Source: a virus (Duplodnaviria > Caudoviricetes). Taken from it: a stretch of 64,000 nucleotides of DNA. Below the pieces are notes generated by a model that saw only the letters and a list, made by a program, of their open reading frames with translations, had not been told where the DNA came from and did not search any database. Below are positions 30,391 to 41,575 of the stretch, piece by piece. The position numbers were made by a program, and so were the translations under genes. Location of the stretch: IMG/VR virus record IMGVR_UViG_2841277917_000004, positions 1 to 64,000 of that record. One strand, 5' to 3'. Numbering within the stretch: the first letter of the stretch is position 1; each line of letters starts with the position of its first letter.

Positions 30391-30861
30391 ATGCGAGAGA
30401 TAAAGTTTCAATGTATTTATAGACCAACAAAAGAAAAGTTTGTACCTAGAAAAATCGATTTCGAAAATGGAATTGTATATGGGAGCTTTGATGGAAAACT
30501 AAACGATTATTGTCATTTCTCCCTCACTCCAAATGGGAACGGTGATGCGTGGTTAAGACAATATACCGGACTCCATGACAATACCAAATGGGATGATTTA
30601 ACCGATAAAGAGCAACAAGAATGGCTAAACAAAGGAAAGACTCAAGAGGATTGGAAGGGCAAAGAGATTTATGACGGAGATATTGTTCGAATAAGCGATC
30701 ATCCTTTTCATGGTTCGATGACAGTCAATGGCAATTATGAAATAGGTTACAACGAGCAAATGGAGCTTTGCTGTGGTAGTTGGTTATTATTCCGAGTGAA
30801 GAAGTATGCAGAAGTCATCGACAACATATATGAAAATCCTGAGCTACTAAAGAAGGGGTAA
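30391..30861 (+). CDS. YopX-family protein
   Basis: MREIKF...QYTGL...EIYDGDIV...NIYENPELL. Confidence 0.85.
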   Translation: MREIKFQCIYRPTKEKFVPRKIDFENGIVYGSFDGKLNDYCHFSLTPNGNGDAWLRQYTGLHDNTKWDDLTDKEQQEWLNKGKTQEDWKGKEIYDGDIVRISDHPFHGSMTVNGNYEIGYNEQMELCCGSWLLFRVKKYAEVIDNIYENPELLKKG

Positions 30862-31146
30862 TCAGGTAATGACAATGGTATGCGGGAGACCTTATGTTTT
30901 GTTTGATCCAGAGCAAACAGCAGAGATAAAGCGCATTGAACGGAGGAATGACTTAATAAATCAAATAATATCAAATTTAAATGAAGTATTAGTTCCAATT
31001 GATGAGTATGTTCATTTATATACGAGTGATGAGGACTTAAGAAAAACGCTACTTGATGCAATCGTTATAATTCTACACTTATCAGGTTTAGTGTATGACG
31101 AAGATATTGAGAAACTTATTGAATGTGAAGTTTTACCGCAAATACG

Positions 31147-31509
31147 TTGGGAAGGGGAACAAGAGATTTTATGCTAGGACGTGAAGAATTGCAAGAGATT
31201 CGTAAACGTATTAAAAGGGCAACTAAAGGAACATGGAAATGGAAAGAATGCCATGATTGTTCACTATTGAATAGTGAAGGTAACGAGATCGTTACAGTAG
31301 TTGGCGATGATATGAGTTATATCAAGGTTTTACGTAATGAAGATGCAGAGTTTATAGCCCATGCACGTGAAGACATTCTAAAGTTACTTGAAACAATAGA
31401 TAAGCTGGAAGTGTATAGAGATAGATATAAAGCTTATTTTGATGGGTACAAACAAGGTCAGTATGACATGCAGATGAACAATCTAAATAGTAACATTTCT
31501 TACTATTAA
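31147..31509 (+). CDS. Ead/Ea22-like phage protein
   Basis: ATKGTW...DAEFIAHAREDI..LL. Confidence 0.55.
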   Translation: MGRGTRDFMLGREELQEIRKRIKRATKGTWKWKECHDCSLLNSEGNEIVTVVGDDMSYIKVLRNEDAEFIAHAREDILKLLETIDKLEVYRDRYKAYFDGYKQGQYDMQMNNLNSNISYY

Positions 31510-33545
31510 GATATTGATACATAGGAATGAAAGTAGAAAAGGAGACGAAGACAATAGAATGATGGATGATATTCATATTTATCTGCCAAACGGTATGCGA
31601 GTTGTAATTGTGGAACCAACTGACCGTTTTGAAAGAATGGAATTTGCATTTAAAGGCTGTTTGCAAGAACGAAAATGGCATGGCTGGTCTACAATTTCAT
31701 CATGTGGTATATCTGATATTAATATCACAAAATTAGATAAGTATATTAATAAGATGATTCGTGGACTCATAACCAGATACGAACATAAGTTAAAAGAAAA
31801 ACTGGCGAATATTCAATTACAGGCTAAGTATCATGGAAAAGTACTGACAGAGTTAGAGTTGCAGATGATACGTGAAAACAAGATTAATAGTAACGGAGAG
31901 ATTATGAAATGACCGAACAAGAAAGTTTAATAGCGTGGTTATATCGTAGGATACAACAGTCTCCCGATCTTGGTACGATACGATTTTATTATTTGTACTT
32001 TAAAGATATGTGGCTCAAAGAGTTCGGCACACTGACGAATATTCCTGAAGAAGTGTACGATCAGATACGTATGAAACGTGAGTCACTAAAGGAGTTAATT
32101 GATTAATGGACAAAGCGCAAATAAATCTGGTTTCTTGGATGTACAACCTTATTGTTGTTGAAATGAAGCTTAATCCTCAGAAATACAACAATAAGGATAT
32201 TGAACTACTTCAACAAGCTATCAAAAGGAGATTCCCTAAATATTATCATTCAATTGTCAGTGAACTTTGCAAAGGTGAGTGAAGAAATGCTATATCACGA
32301 ATTAAATGAACAGCTAAAAGCTGGAGATATTGTATACATATGTGATTATCGTTTTAACAATATAGATCAACAGCCAATTCGACATATTATACCGCAAAGA
32401 GTAATGGTATTCAGCAATAGTGATTTACCTAAAGGTAAAAAAGTATATTATTCTGAACACCATTTTAGACCTTTAAATAAAAAAGACAAACCATTAAGTA
32501 GAATTATTGCTCCTTATGACAATACGGGATATCGAAGTTATAAGGGTGTATCATTAAATATCTTCTTTACTAAAGAAGAATGCATTAAGCATTACCAACA
32601 ACAGTGTAAACAAAATATTAAGGAATATGAAAAGGCTAAAATTGATAAATTGAATTACTATGAAAACAAAATAAATGAAATTAAAGAAGAGATGTCTGGA
32701 TTGCAATTAGAGTAAGAGTTTAAAAAAAGTAAATAGAGGGGGATTTAATATTTCTTATACAGCATTTGAGCGTGAAACAGTAATGACATGTGATGATGAG
32801 ACTAAAATGTGGACAATTTACACGTTGCAGCCAACTATTATCACAAGATTAAGAAAGGCTGGAATAGAGCCTTTTCAGATTGATAAAGATGGGGGACATT
32901 ATAATAAAGAAGTAACTTTTAAGCAAATATCCTTTAGGTCAAAGACTAAAGGTCGGGAGATGACAGAGGAACAAAGAAGAGAAGCTGCTGAACGATTTAA
33001 GAGGGCTAGAGAGGGGAAAAGAGGTGGAGGGTGATATTAAGTAAAGAGAAGTATCAGGCTCTTTGGAAAGTTGAGGATAAAATCAAGGAATTAGCAAAAC
33101 TAAATCATAAATACATATCCCCAATTTATTTAGCCAAATCAATCAATGAAAGTGAATCAGATGTGCTGGAATGTTTAATTCACCTTCAGCGACAAAAGAA
33201 ACCAAATAAGGGAGGTCTGATGTTTAAAGTCATTTGCCCAGCACATGACAAAGTAATTGAAGAGATAAGAGATGTATGGTTGAACGGATTGGCTGTGGAG
33301 TTAAAAGATAGATATTGGTGTGGGTGTTGTATTGAATATAGACCAATGAATCCTGATAAGATAAGAGTTTCATTTGAAATCAGTGACCAGTATCTTGGCT
33401 ACATTAGGGACTATCAATTAAAAGGATAATTATATGCAGATAAATACATATGCTGAGAACGTGCGTTTCAAAATTTTCGGGGCATTAGGAACACTAACTA
33501 TGAAATGAAATGATGTTTTATCTGACGACCAAAGGAGGAATAATC

Positions 33546-33812
33546 ATGGCTAAATATCGTAAAAAACCTGTAGTGATTGAGGCTGAACAGTTAACAGTAG
33601 AAATGTGCCAGAAGAACGCTGGATTCGCCAATCCATTTAAAGTGGGTCACAAAATTCTATATATCTACTACTACACTGACTACGCAGTAATTGGAACGCT
33701 GGAGGGGGAAATGAAGGCTGAGATAGGAGATTGGATTATCACAGGGATAAAAGGTGAGAAGTATCCATGCAAACCAGACATTTTCGAAGCCACATATGAA
33801 ACAGTTGAATAA
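33546..33812 (+). CDS. Conserved phage protein (KYRKKPV / GDWII family)
   Basis: KYRKKPVVIEA...TLEG.M.A..GDWII.G..GE.YPCKPDIF..TYE. Confidence 0.65.
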   Translation: MAKYRKKPVVIEAEQLTVEMCQKNAGFANPFKVGHKILYIYYYTDYAVIGTLEGEMKAEIGDWIITGIKGEKYPCKPDIFEATYETVE

Positions 33813-34983
33813 GTACTAAAGGAGGATTACATTGAAAGCAGAATTGGTTAATAATCTTGAAGATTTAAAAGCGGTACGTCAATTAGTTAATGAATTACAA
33901 ATCAAAGATTCTAGTAAAAAGATCATTAAGTCAGCTATTAATGACGCATTTAAAACTGTGAATAAGAAATTGTACATTATCGAAAGTAGAGAAAAAACAA
34001 AACTTGAAACTAAAATGATTGATAATCATAAAGTTACAATTCCTAAAGGGCTATACAGTAATAAAAATGCTGTTTATTACTATGGAAATGGCGTCATTTA
34101 TCAAATCAGCAAACCAAGATTTGACCAAGATAAAAGCTTTCACATGATAAATTGCGTTTGGATTGATGAAGTGAATAGGCAAACAAAACTAATAGTTCGT
34201 ACTCTAGGTGGAGATAACTACGGAGATAGATATTTTTTGGAAGCAGGTTACTTTAAGGATATAAGGGATGAATATCCGTATTTGACTAAGGCGATTAGAC
34301 GTAGCAATTATAAATATAAAGAATATGTAGAAAAGGTTTTGGCATACATAAGAGAGTTTAATGGATTTGAGAATTTCCATGTAAAAGGGAAAACAAGATA
34401 AAATGGAAAGAGAAAGACACATGGACTCTACATACAGTCTTAGCGAGGCTACACACTGGAAAGCTACTTTTGCTAATTGGGAATGCAAAGAAACGTTATC
34501 TGGCGTGACATTAGGAAAGGTATATGAATTAAAAAGAGGACAAAAAGAAGAGTTGTATGTTATTGATGATAAAGGTGATTTGAGTACAATATTTCTATGT
34601 CACAATGGAGAATTAGTTAAGATAAAAAATTTATATGGAAGTGAGTTAGGTGCATGACTGATTATTATGTCAAAAAGTATCCAGAATTGAAAGAGGTGGT
34701 TGATAAACACAATCTTAAGTTTGACTTGGACTGTTGGGGTATGGGAGTAATAGTTTTTTATGAGGGGGAAGAAATCGGATATTGGTTTCAGAGTTTAAAT
34801 GGGATAAGTATGCAGTACACAATAGGACTTGGACTTCATAATGATTTTCATGAAAATTATACACTATTGAGTGAAGGCATTGATTACAGAATTAATACGT
34901 CATTTAACCAAATGAAAAGTTGATTTTATCGTTAACTTATAAAAAACAGAGGTACTTCCGTTTATAGAAGTACCTCAATATCC

Positions 34984-35568
34984 CTATTTCAAATTGTCAA
35001 TTGTAGTTATAAGCTCTTTCTCGCTTATAGAAGGAAGTGCTTCTGTTTCGAAAACATTTGTGTATTCGTTGTTTTCTTGAGTGTTTAGGCTGTGTGTTTC
35101 ATTTAATTTGAATAATTGATTTGGAGTGTTTGGAATTAAAACGTTCTTTTTAAGTTCCTCGTCATACTCTCCATTTAAGAAAAGTAGATAATCGCCCTGC
35201 TTAATTTCTTGATTTTTCTCATCCACAATATTTACCACGGAACTGCCAGCGTCAAATCCAATTAATCTATATAGTTCGATCGTGCTGCCCACGTCAATCT
35301 TTTGAGATGTGAGGTTATTATATACTTTATTGACCTCCACTTCATAAACGTAAAAGATAAGATTGCCTACTTTTTCTTGTTTATACTTTTGAGGGACTGA
35401 TCCATTAACAATTACTTTTGAGTCTTTAACAATTTCTTCAGTATTCTTGAATGTTTTTGATAGAGCTTGGCTATGTGAAGGTGTAGGACTTAGTTCTTTG
35501 TATGCCAAAGCAGAACCAACTCCTATAACTAAGGCAGACGCAATAATTAGACCATAAATCTTTTTCAC
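34984..35568 (-). CDS. Exported protein co-transcribed with the metalloprotease
   Basis: N-terminal signal/anchor; YLLFL motif. Confidence 0.6.
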   Translation of the reverse strand: MKKIYGLIIASALVIGVGSALAYKELSPTPSHSQALSKTFKNTEEIVKDSKVIVNGSVPQKYKQEKVGNLIFYVYEVEVNKVYNNLTSQKIDVGSTIELYRLIGFDAGSSVVNIVDEKNQEIKQGDYLLFLNGEYDEELKKNVLIPNTPNQLFKLNETHSLNTQENNEYTNVFETEALPSISEKELITTIDNLK

Positions 35569-35593
35569 ACTGTATCTCTCCTAACTAGGAATT

Positions 35594-36175
35594 TTATTTG
35601 TACAGATTCTTGAGGTTATCTTTATCGTATTTTGTGGGACCATCCACATCAAAAACATCGTTAGGGTCCATAATGGAATCTGTGAATGATTTTGTGGTAT
35701 GAGCTAGTCCAAGTATATGACCAAACTCATGAGCTATTGTGTTAATTGTTTCACCTTCATCTAATTTATCGCATAAGTAGCGGACAATGATTACTTCTCC
35801 TGATGCATAAGGATTTTTGTCAACTTCGCCTTTACTATTGTATGGGATTCCTAGTCCGTATGTTCCAGCAAAGCCAAGTTTGTTATCTTCACTCCTAGAC
35901 AGATGTTTTACTTTTACATGAGCTTTCTTTTTATCGGCAGGATAAATGTCAATGTTCTTAGAAATACCATTCCATTTATCAGCAGCGTACCATAATCCAT
36001 CTGAATATTTGCTCTCTAAGTTGTAGTCTTCATAATAAACAGTAGAAACATTCCATTTTCCATTTAAGTATTCTGCAAATGCACTAGTAGCGAAAAAGGA
36101 AATTGCAGATACTGCTGAAAATAATCCGATTGCTAGCTTCGTAGAAATCTTTGACATTTTCAAAATTCCCTCCAT
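35594..36175 (-). CDS. Secreted metzincin (M10/matrixin-like) metalloprotease
   Basis: Signal peptide; HEFGHILGLAH zinc motif and SIM Met-turn. Confidence 0.85.
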   Translation of the reverse strand: MEGILKMSKISTKLAIGLFSAVSAISFFATSAFAEYLNGKWNVSTVYYEDYNLESKYSDGLWYAADKWNGISKNIDIYPADKKKAHVKVKHLSRSEDNKLGFAGTYGLGIPYNSKGEVDKNPYASGEVIIVRYLCDKLDEGETINTIAHEFGHILGLAHTTKSFTDSIMDPNDVFDVDGPTKYDKDNLKNLYK

Positions 36176-36286
36176 TATAGGATATTCTCATTCAGTTATA
36201 ATATACAAAAAAATACACATTTTGTAAATTCTTAAAATTCCAACTTTTATTCAGACGCAAGAACTAGATAGATGAGGTTATAATAT

Positions 36287-36407
36287 ATAAAATTATGTAT
36301 TTACATAGGGTTTGGTATATGGTAATATTATTTTTAGAAAGAGGTGATTGATTGGGATAGAGCTGAATAAAAGTCCTCCAAGAAAAATAATATATAAAAT
36401 AATGTAT
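36287..36407 (+). promoter_or_regulatory. Replication-operon promoter flanked by two operator-like motifs
   Basis: TTTACA(36300)-17bp-TAATAT with TG extension; ATAAAATWATGTAT at 36287 and 36394. Confidence 0.65.
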
Positions 36408-36431
36408 ATAACAAAATAGGAGGAATAATAA

Positions 36432-37349
36432 TTGAGTGAAAATCAAACAACTTTACGTGAAGCTTTGAATGAGGCAGCTATTGAAGGGATTCTTCAAGAA
36501 CTACGACTAGAAGAAAAGAAAGTTGATGATAAATTAGCAATCACTGGTGAAATTGATATTAGAATTAATGAAAACTCTGTTCATACAGTAAATGTATTCT
36601 CTTATAAGCTCACTCAAGAGGGGAAAGAGAGTGGAATTTTTAAAGGTTTAAACACTGTAAAAAATGAATATAAATCAATCGCTAGTTATAACGAAGAAGA
36701 AGCTGATAGAGTGAGCATTACTGCTGGTAAGCTTGGGGTAAATGAATATTTTGTTCAAGAAGAGTTAAAAACATATCCTCAACTTTCTACTAATTTTATC
36801 AACAGACTAAAGCCTAATGATGAATTCAAGCCACGAGCTAAGTTCGAAGCGGAAGTATATATTAAAAGTGTTAAAGATGAAATGAAGAATGATGAAGAAA
36901 CAGGTCGAATTCTTGTTGATACATATATTCCATTATACAAAGGAAAGATTATTCCATTTAGATTTATTGTAGCTGACCCACATGCAGTTGAATATGTTAG
37001 AAACAACTATGAATCAGGAACAACAGCTTTCGTATATGGTGATATTATTAATGAAGTGCATGTGAACACAAAAAAAATAGAAGGCGGTTTTGGCAAGCCC
37101 CAAGAAAAAATTAAGCGAACAACAGTGCGTGAATATGTAATTACTGGTGGATCAACTCCATATGACGAAGATGATGCGAAAGCTTACAAAAAAGAAGTGA
37201 TCAAAAAAGCACTAACTGAACGTGAAATTTACCTTGAAGAAAAGAAAAACAAAAAAGAAGCTCCCAAAGTGCAAAAAAAAGGCTTTGACACTAAAGGAAG
37301 TAGTGCTACTAAAAAAACCGTAATTTCTGATGACGATTTGCCGTTTTAA
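36432..37349 (+). CDS. Single-stranded DNA-binding protein (phage type)
   Basis: Acidic DDDLPF tail; first gene of the replication block. Confidence 0.7.
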   Translation: MSENQTTLREALNEAAIEGILQELRLEEKKVDDKLAITGEIDIRINENSVHTVNVFSYKLTQEGKESGIFKGLNTVKNEYKSIASYNEEEADRVSITAGKLGVNEYFVQEELKTYPQLSTNFINRLKPNDEFKPRAKFEAEVYIKSVKDEMKNDEETGRILVDTYIPLYKGKIIPFRFIVADPHAVEYVRNNYESGTTAFVYGDIINEVHVNTKKIEGGFGKPQEKIKRTTVREYVITGGSTPYDEDDAKAYKKEVIKKALTEREIYLEEKKNKKEAPKVQKKGFDTKGSSATKKTVISDDDLPF

Positions 37350-37386
37350 AATAAATACAAAATAAAAAATGGAGGTAGTTATTTAA

Positions 37387-38364
37387 GTGTTTGATATCTT
37401 TAATCCACAAGTATCAGCAGTCGCAAAAGGCTTAGAAGGAAAAGTTATTACAATTTATGGTAGTAATAACTTAGGGAAGACTAAACAAGCTACACGAATG
37501 AATAAACCTTATTATTTACCTTTTGAAAAGGGATTGAATGCTATTGCTGGTATTAAGTATCTTCCAATTAATAGTTGGAGCGACTTTAAAAAAATAAATA
37601 AGCAACTTACTAAGACGTCAACTTTAGTTAAAGTTAAAGAGATGTATCAAACTATTATTTTTGATGAGGTTGAAGCAGCATCTCGCTACTGCCAACGATA
37701 TATTTGCAACAAATATGAATCAGAAACAATTGCAGAGGGGCGTGGCGGCTACGGTCTTTGGAAAGAATATGAGACTGAATTCTGGGAAGAAATCACCAAA
37801 TTAATAGGTGCAGGTTTTACCGTTGTTTTTATTGCACACCAAGTAATTGATGAAGGAAAAGTTTTACCAAAAGGCGATAAGCGTGCTTTAGCTCCTATTA
37901 TTGACAATAGTGACATTGTAGTTCATGTGCGCTCAAATGGAGTCGATGAAGCAAATAGAGTAATTAAGTCAAGTGCCTACTTAGCTGAAACTGATAAGTT
38001 TTTTGCTCGAAGTCGTTTTGATTATATTGATACATATATTGAGGAATTTACTGCTGAAAATCTTGAAGCCACAATTATTAAAGCCATTGAGAGACAAGAG
38101 AAAGCAGAAGGGATTTCAGCAGTTACATATACGGAACAAAAATCTATGCAACAATCTGAGGAATTGGATTATGAAGAATTAATGAATGCTATTACTAATG
38201 TTGGTAAGGAATTGCAACAACAAGGAAAATTGGAGCAAGTAACTGAAGTAGTAGAAAAACATCTAGGGCCAAACAAAAAAGTAACTGAATGCACAAAACG
38301 GCAGGTTCAAGTAATGGCTATAATTTTGGATGACCTCAAAGATTTATTGAGCGAAATTGAATAA
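37387..38364 (+). CDS. AAA ATPase (AAA_24 / Sak4-like, SPbeta YorG-like)
   Basis: Walker A GSNNLGKT; IIFDE; FIAH. Confidence 0.75.
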   Translation: MFDIFNPQVSAVAKGLEGKVITIYGSNNLGKTKQATRMNKPYYLPFEKGLNAIAGIKYLPINSWSDFKKINKQLTKTSTLVKVKEMYQTIIFDEVEAASRYCQRYICNKYESETIAEGRGGYGLWKEYETEFWEEITKLIGAGFTVVFIAHQVIDEGKVLPKGDKRALAPIIDNSDIVVHVRSNGVDEANRVIKSSAYLAETDKFFARSRFDYIDTYIEEFTAENLEATIIKAIERQEKAEGISAVTYTEQKSMQQSEELDYEELMNAITNVGKELQQQGKLEQVTEVVEKHLGPNKKVTECTKRQVQVMAIILDDLKDLLSEIE

Positions 38365-38418
38365 AATTAAATATGGGGGAGTAAATTGCTACTCCCTTTT
38401 TTCATAGGAGGTTTTAAA

Positions 38419-38898
38419 TTGGCTAGGAAGCCAAAATGCCCGAAATGTGAAAATGAAGTTGAGAAAGACACAGCCGTTAAACATTCTTCAAAGCATTATC
38501 ATGAAGAATGTTATGCAACTTTTATTAGAGATAGAGATGATAGAAAAGAACTTATTGAATATACCTGTCAGTTATATAAAACAAAAGCTCCAAGTGGAAT
38601 GATACTTAAGCAGATCAAAGAGTTTGTTGAAGTCTATGGTTATACCTACAAAGGAATAACATTGACCTTAAAATATTTTCATGACACAAGAGGGAATCAG
38701 AGTCGTGAAGGTGATGGGATAGGTATCGTTCCATATAAATATGAGGAAGCTAAAAAATTCTTCATATTAAAGAGAAACGTTGAGCGTTCAGTAGGGGATC
38801 TTGAGGGAGAAGCAATAAAGAAAAGACATATTAAAATTAAATCTCCCTCGTTAAAAAACGTTGAGTGGTTGCCAACAATTGATATTTCTAAATTATAG
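38419..38898 (+). CDS. Zn-finger replication protein (YorH-like)
   Basis: CPKC...HEEC; GIGIVPY; RBS ggagg before TTG 38419. Confidence 0.55.
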   Translation: MARKPKCPKCENEVEKDTAVKHSSKHYHEECYATFIRDRDDRKELIEYTCQLYKTKAPSGMILKQIKEFVEVYGYTYKGITLTLKYFHDTRGNQSREGDGIGIVPYKYEEAKKFFILKRNVERSVGDLEGEAIKKRHIKIKSPSLKNVEWLPTIDISKL

Positions 38899-38912
38899 AG
38901 AGGAGTCAATGA

Positions 38913-40460
38913 ATGCCCCTACAAGATAAGGTAAGTATTTTTCAGGTGATTGGCTGTTTAATGAAAAAGCCAGATTTATTAAGAGAAGGTAGCTATAAGA
39001 TAACCAAAGATGATTTTCCGGAAAAATTCCATAAAATTGTGTTTGGTGCAATCAATAATGTAATATCCCAAGGTCTAGAAGAACTTGATTTTATTTCAGT
39101 AGACAGTTTTTTATCCAGCTATGATATTCAGCATAAGATTTTTGAAGATAACGAAGGTCTGGATTATATTCAATCTGCTACTGAAACAGCAAATTTGAGT
39201 AATTTTGAGTATCATTATAACCGATTGAAAAAGTTTAGTTTGCTTAGAGCCTATGAGGATGCTGGTATTGACATCAAAGAAATTTATGATGATGATCTTC
39301 TAAATCTAAGAGAAAAAGAGGAAATGCAAAAAAGGTTTGATGAGTACTCCATAAAGGATATCGTAGACATAATTGACCAAAAACAATTAGAAATTAGAGC
39401 TAGATTTCTCTTTGATTCTGATTCATATAGCATACACATTTCAGAAAATCTATTTGAATTAAAAGAAAAGTTGAAAGAAGAGCCAGATTATGGTGCACCA
39501 TTAGTAAGTGGGGTTTTAAATAAAATATTTCGAGGGGCAAAATTTGAGAATTTGTTTATGCGATCTGCTCCTTCAAATTTAGGTAAAACAAGATTGTCAA
39601 TGGCAGATGCTCTTTATCTTGCTGTTGATGAAATTTTTGATCTTTCTACAAATAAGTGGGTAAGTACCGGAGAAAGAGAGCCAACCCTTTACATTACAAC
39701 TGAGATGAAAACAGAGCGCTTACAGCCTTCAGCAATAGCATTTGTAAGTGGAGTAAATGAAACTAAAATTAAAAATGGAGAATATACTGAAGAAGAAGAA
39801 AAAAGGATTGATCGAGCAATTAAAGTCTTGAAAAGATCCAAGCTATGGATGCACTATATCCCGAATTTCAACATTGCTGACATAGAAACAAGCATTAGGA
39901 AATTTATTACTGAGCATGGCGTGAAATACATATTTTTTGATTATGTTCATATTTCAATAAAACTACTTGAAGAAATTGCTAATCAGTCAAGAGGAGTAAA
40001 GTTAAGAGAAGATATTGTGTTGCTAATGTTTGTTGATCGACTTAAAACACTGTGCAACAGACATAAAGTTTATATATCTACATCTTCACAGGTAAATGGC
40101 GATTGGAAAAATGTAAAAGATGCTGATTCCACTATTTTACGAGGATCGAAAGCAATGGCTGATAAGCTTGATATGGCTATTATTGCTTTACTTCCTACAA
40201 AAAGTGACTTAGAAGCTCTAGAGCCAATACTAAGAAAAGGGTTTTCCCCAGCGCCAAACATGGTTTATCACATATATAAAAATCGAGAAGATGAGTATGT
40301 TAACGTTAAATTGTGGTTGTATGCTGATATGGGAACACTAAGAACAACAGATCTCTTCCTCACGAACTCTGACTATGAGGTGATTCCTATAGAAGCTGTT
40401 AACATTCAAACCTATAGCTACGACACAGAAAATGAACAAAATGAAGAGGAAATAGTTTAA
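38913..40460 (+). CDS. DnaB-like replicative helicase
   Basis: APSNLGKT, TTEM, FFDY, SQVN, RGSK...DK.D. Confidence 0.85.
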   Translation: MPLQDKVSIFQVIGCLMKKPDLLREGSYKITKDDFPEKFHKIVFGAINNVISQGLEELDFISVDSFLSSYDIQHKIFEDNEGLDYIQSATETANLSNFEYHYNRLKKFSLLRAYEDAGIDIKEIYDDDLLNLREKEEMQKRFDEYSIKDIVDIIDQKQLEIRARFLFDSDSYSIHISENLFELKEKLKEEPDYGAPLVSGVLNKIFRGAKFENLFMRSAPSNLGKTRLSMADALYLAVDEIFDLSTNKWVSTGEREPTLYITTEMKTERLQPSAIAFVSGVNETKIKNGEYTEEEEKRIDRAIKVLKRSKLWMHYIPNFNIADIETSIRKFITEHGVKYIFFDYVHISIKLLEEIANQSRGVKLREDIVLLMFVDRLKTLCNRHKVYISTSSQVNGDWKNVKDADSTILRGSKAMADKLDMAIIALLPTKSDLEALEPILRKGFSPAPNMVYHIYKNREDEYVNVKLWLYADMGTLRTTDLFLTNSDYEVIPIEAVNIQTYSYDTENEQNEEEIV

Positions 40461-40475
40461 AGGGGGAATCCCCAC

Positions 40476-41561
40476 TTGTATTTAGACAAGGACAAGATTA
40501 AAGAATCACTAACAGATTTTGATGTTTCAGAGATATTAAAACGTCTAGGAAGCACTGAGGGTAAAAAAAGTATTGATGGTAAATACATAGCATTTCAAAC
40601 AGTGTGCCATTGCGGAGCTAAACAGAAGCTTTATTATTACAACGATGTGAAATTTTTTCACTGTTACACTGATTGTCAAGATAGTTTTGATATCTATGAA
40701 TTATTAATCAGAGCTAATCGGGCAAGAGGTATTGAAATATCATTTAATGAAGCGGTAAAGCTCGTTTCTTCAATTACTGGAAAGACTTTTACTTTAACCA
40801 ATGTAATAAAGGAAAGTCACATCATAGATGATTGGAACTGGATAAGAAAGTATCAAATGAAAGAGAAACAAAGAGTTTCTTTACCAATACGAAATCCTCT
40901 GGTATTAGGTGTGTTTCGCAAACTCCCTCATGAGAGTTGGATTGAGGAGGGGATTTCGTCAGATACCATACATAAATTTAATATTGGATATTACATAAGG
41001 GAAGATCGAATATCAATACCTCATTATGATGTAGATGGTAATTTAATTGGAATTCGTGGTAGGGCAATGTTAGACAAGGATATAGAGGCAGGTAAAAAAT
41101 ACTTGCCTCTAATAATAGAAAATAAATTATATAATCATCCCACCATGTTTAATCTATATGGATTAAATAAATCAAAAAACGCTATTAAGCGGTTAAGAAA
41201 GGCTATTGTTTTTGAGGGGGAAAAATCAGTATTAAAGTGTGAGGATTTCTATGGAGATGATAATTTCTCTGTAGCGACTTGTGGTGGCTATATATCTAAA
41301 TATCAAATGAAGATGTTACTTTCTTTAGGTATTGAAGAATTTATTTATGCACCAGATAAGCAGTTTTATGATCATAACTCCGAAATGGCTTATGAATTTG
41401 CTAAAACCGTCTTAAAGCAAGTATTGAAGTTTGCACCATATGTAAGAACTTATGTTCTGTGGGATGAAAAGAGCCTTCTAGACTATAGCGATTCTCCTGC
41501 TGATAAAGGAAAAGAAGTGTTAGAGCAACTTATGAAAGATAAAAAAGAGGTGTCAACTTAG
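40476..41561 (+). CDS. DNA primase
   Basis: CH...CYTDC zinc-binding domain; GIRGR; TOPRIM FEGEKS. Confidence 0.8.
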   Translation: MYLDKDKIKESLTDFDVSEILKRLGSTEGKKSIDGKYIAFQTVCHCGAKQKLYYYNDVKFFHCYTDCQDSFDIYELLIRANRARGIEISFNEAVKLVSSITGKTFTLTNVIKESHIIDDWNWIRKYQMKEKQRVSLPIRNPLVLGVFRKLPHESWIEEGISSDTIHKFNIGYYIREDRISIPHYDVDGNLIGIRGRAMLDKDIEAGKKYLPLIIENKLYNHPTMFNLYGLNKSKNAIKRLRKAIVFEGEKSVLKCEDFYGDDNFSVATCGGYISKYQMKMLLSLGIEEFIYAPDKQFYDHNSEMAYEFAKTVLKQVLKFAPYVRTYVLWDEKSLLDYSDSPADKGKEVLEQLMKDKKEVST

Positions 41562-41575
41562 GTAGAGGTGAAAAT

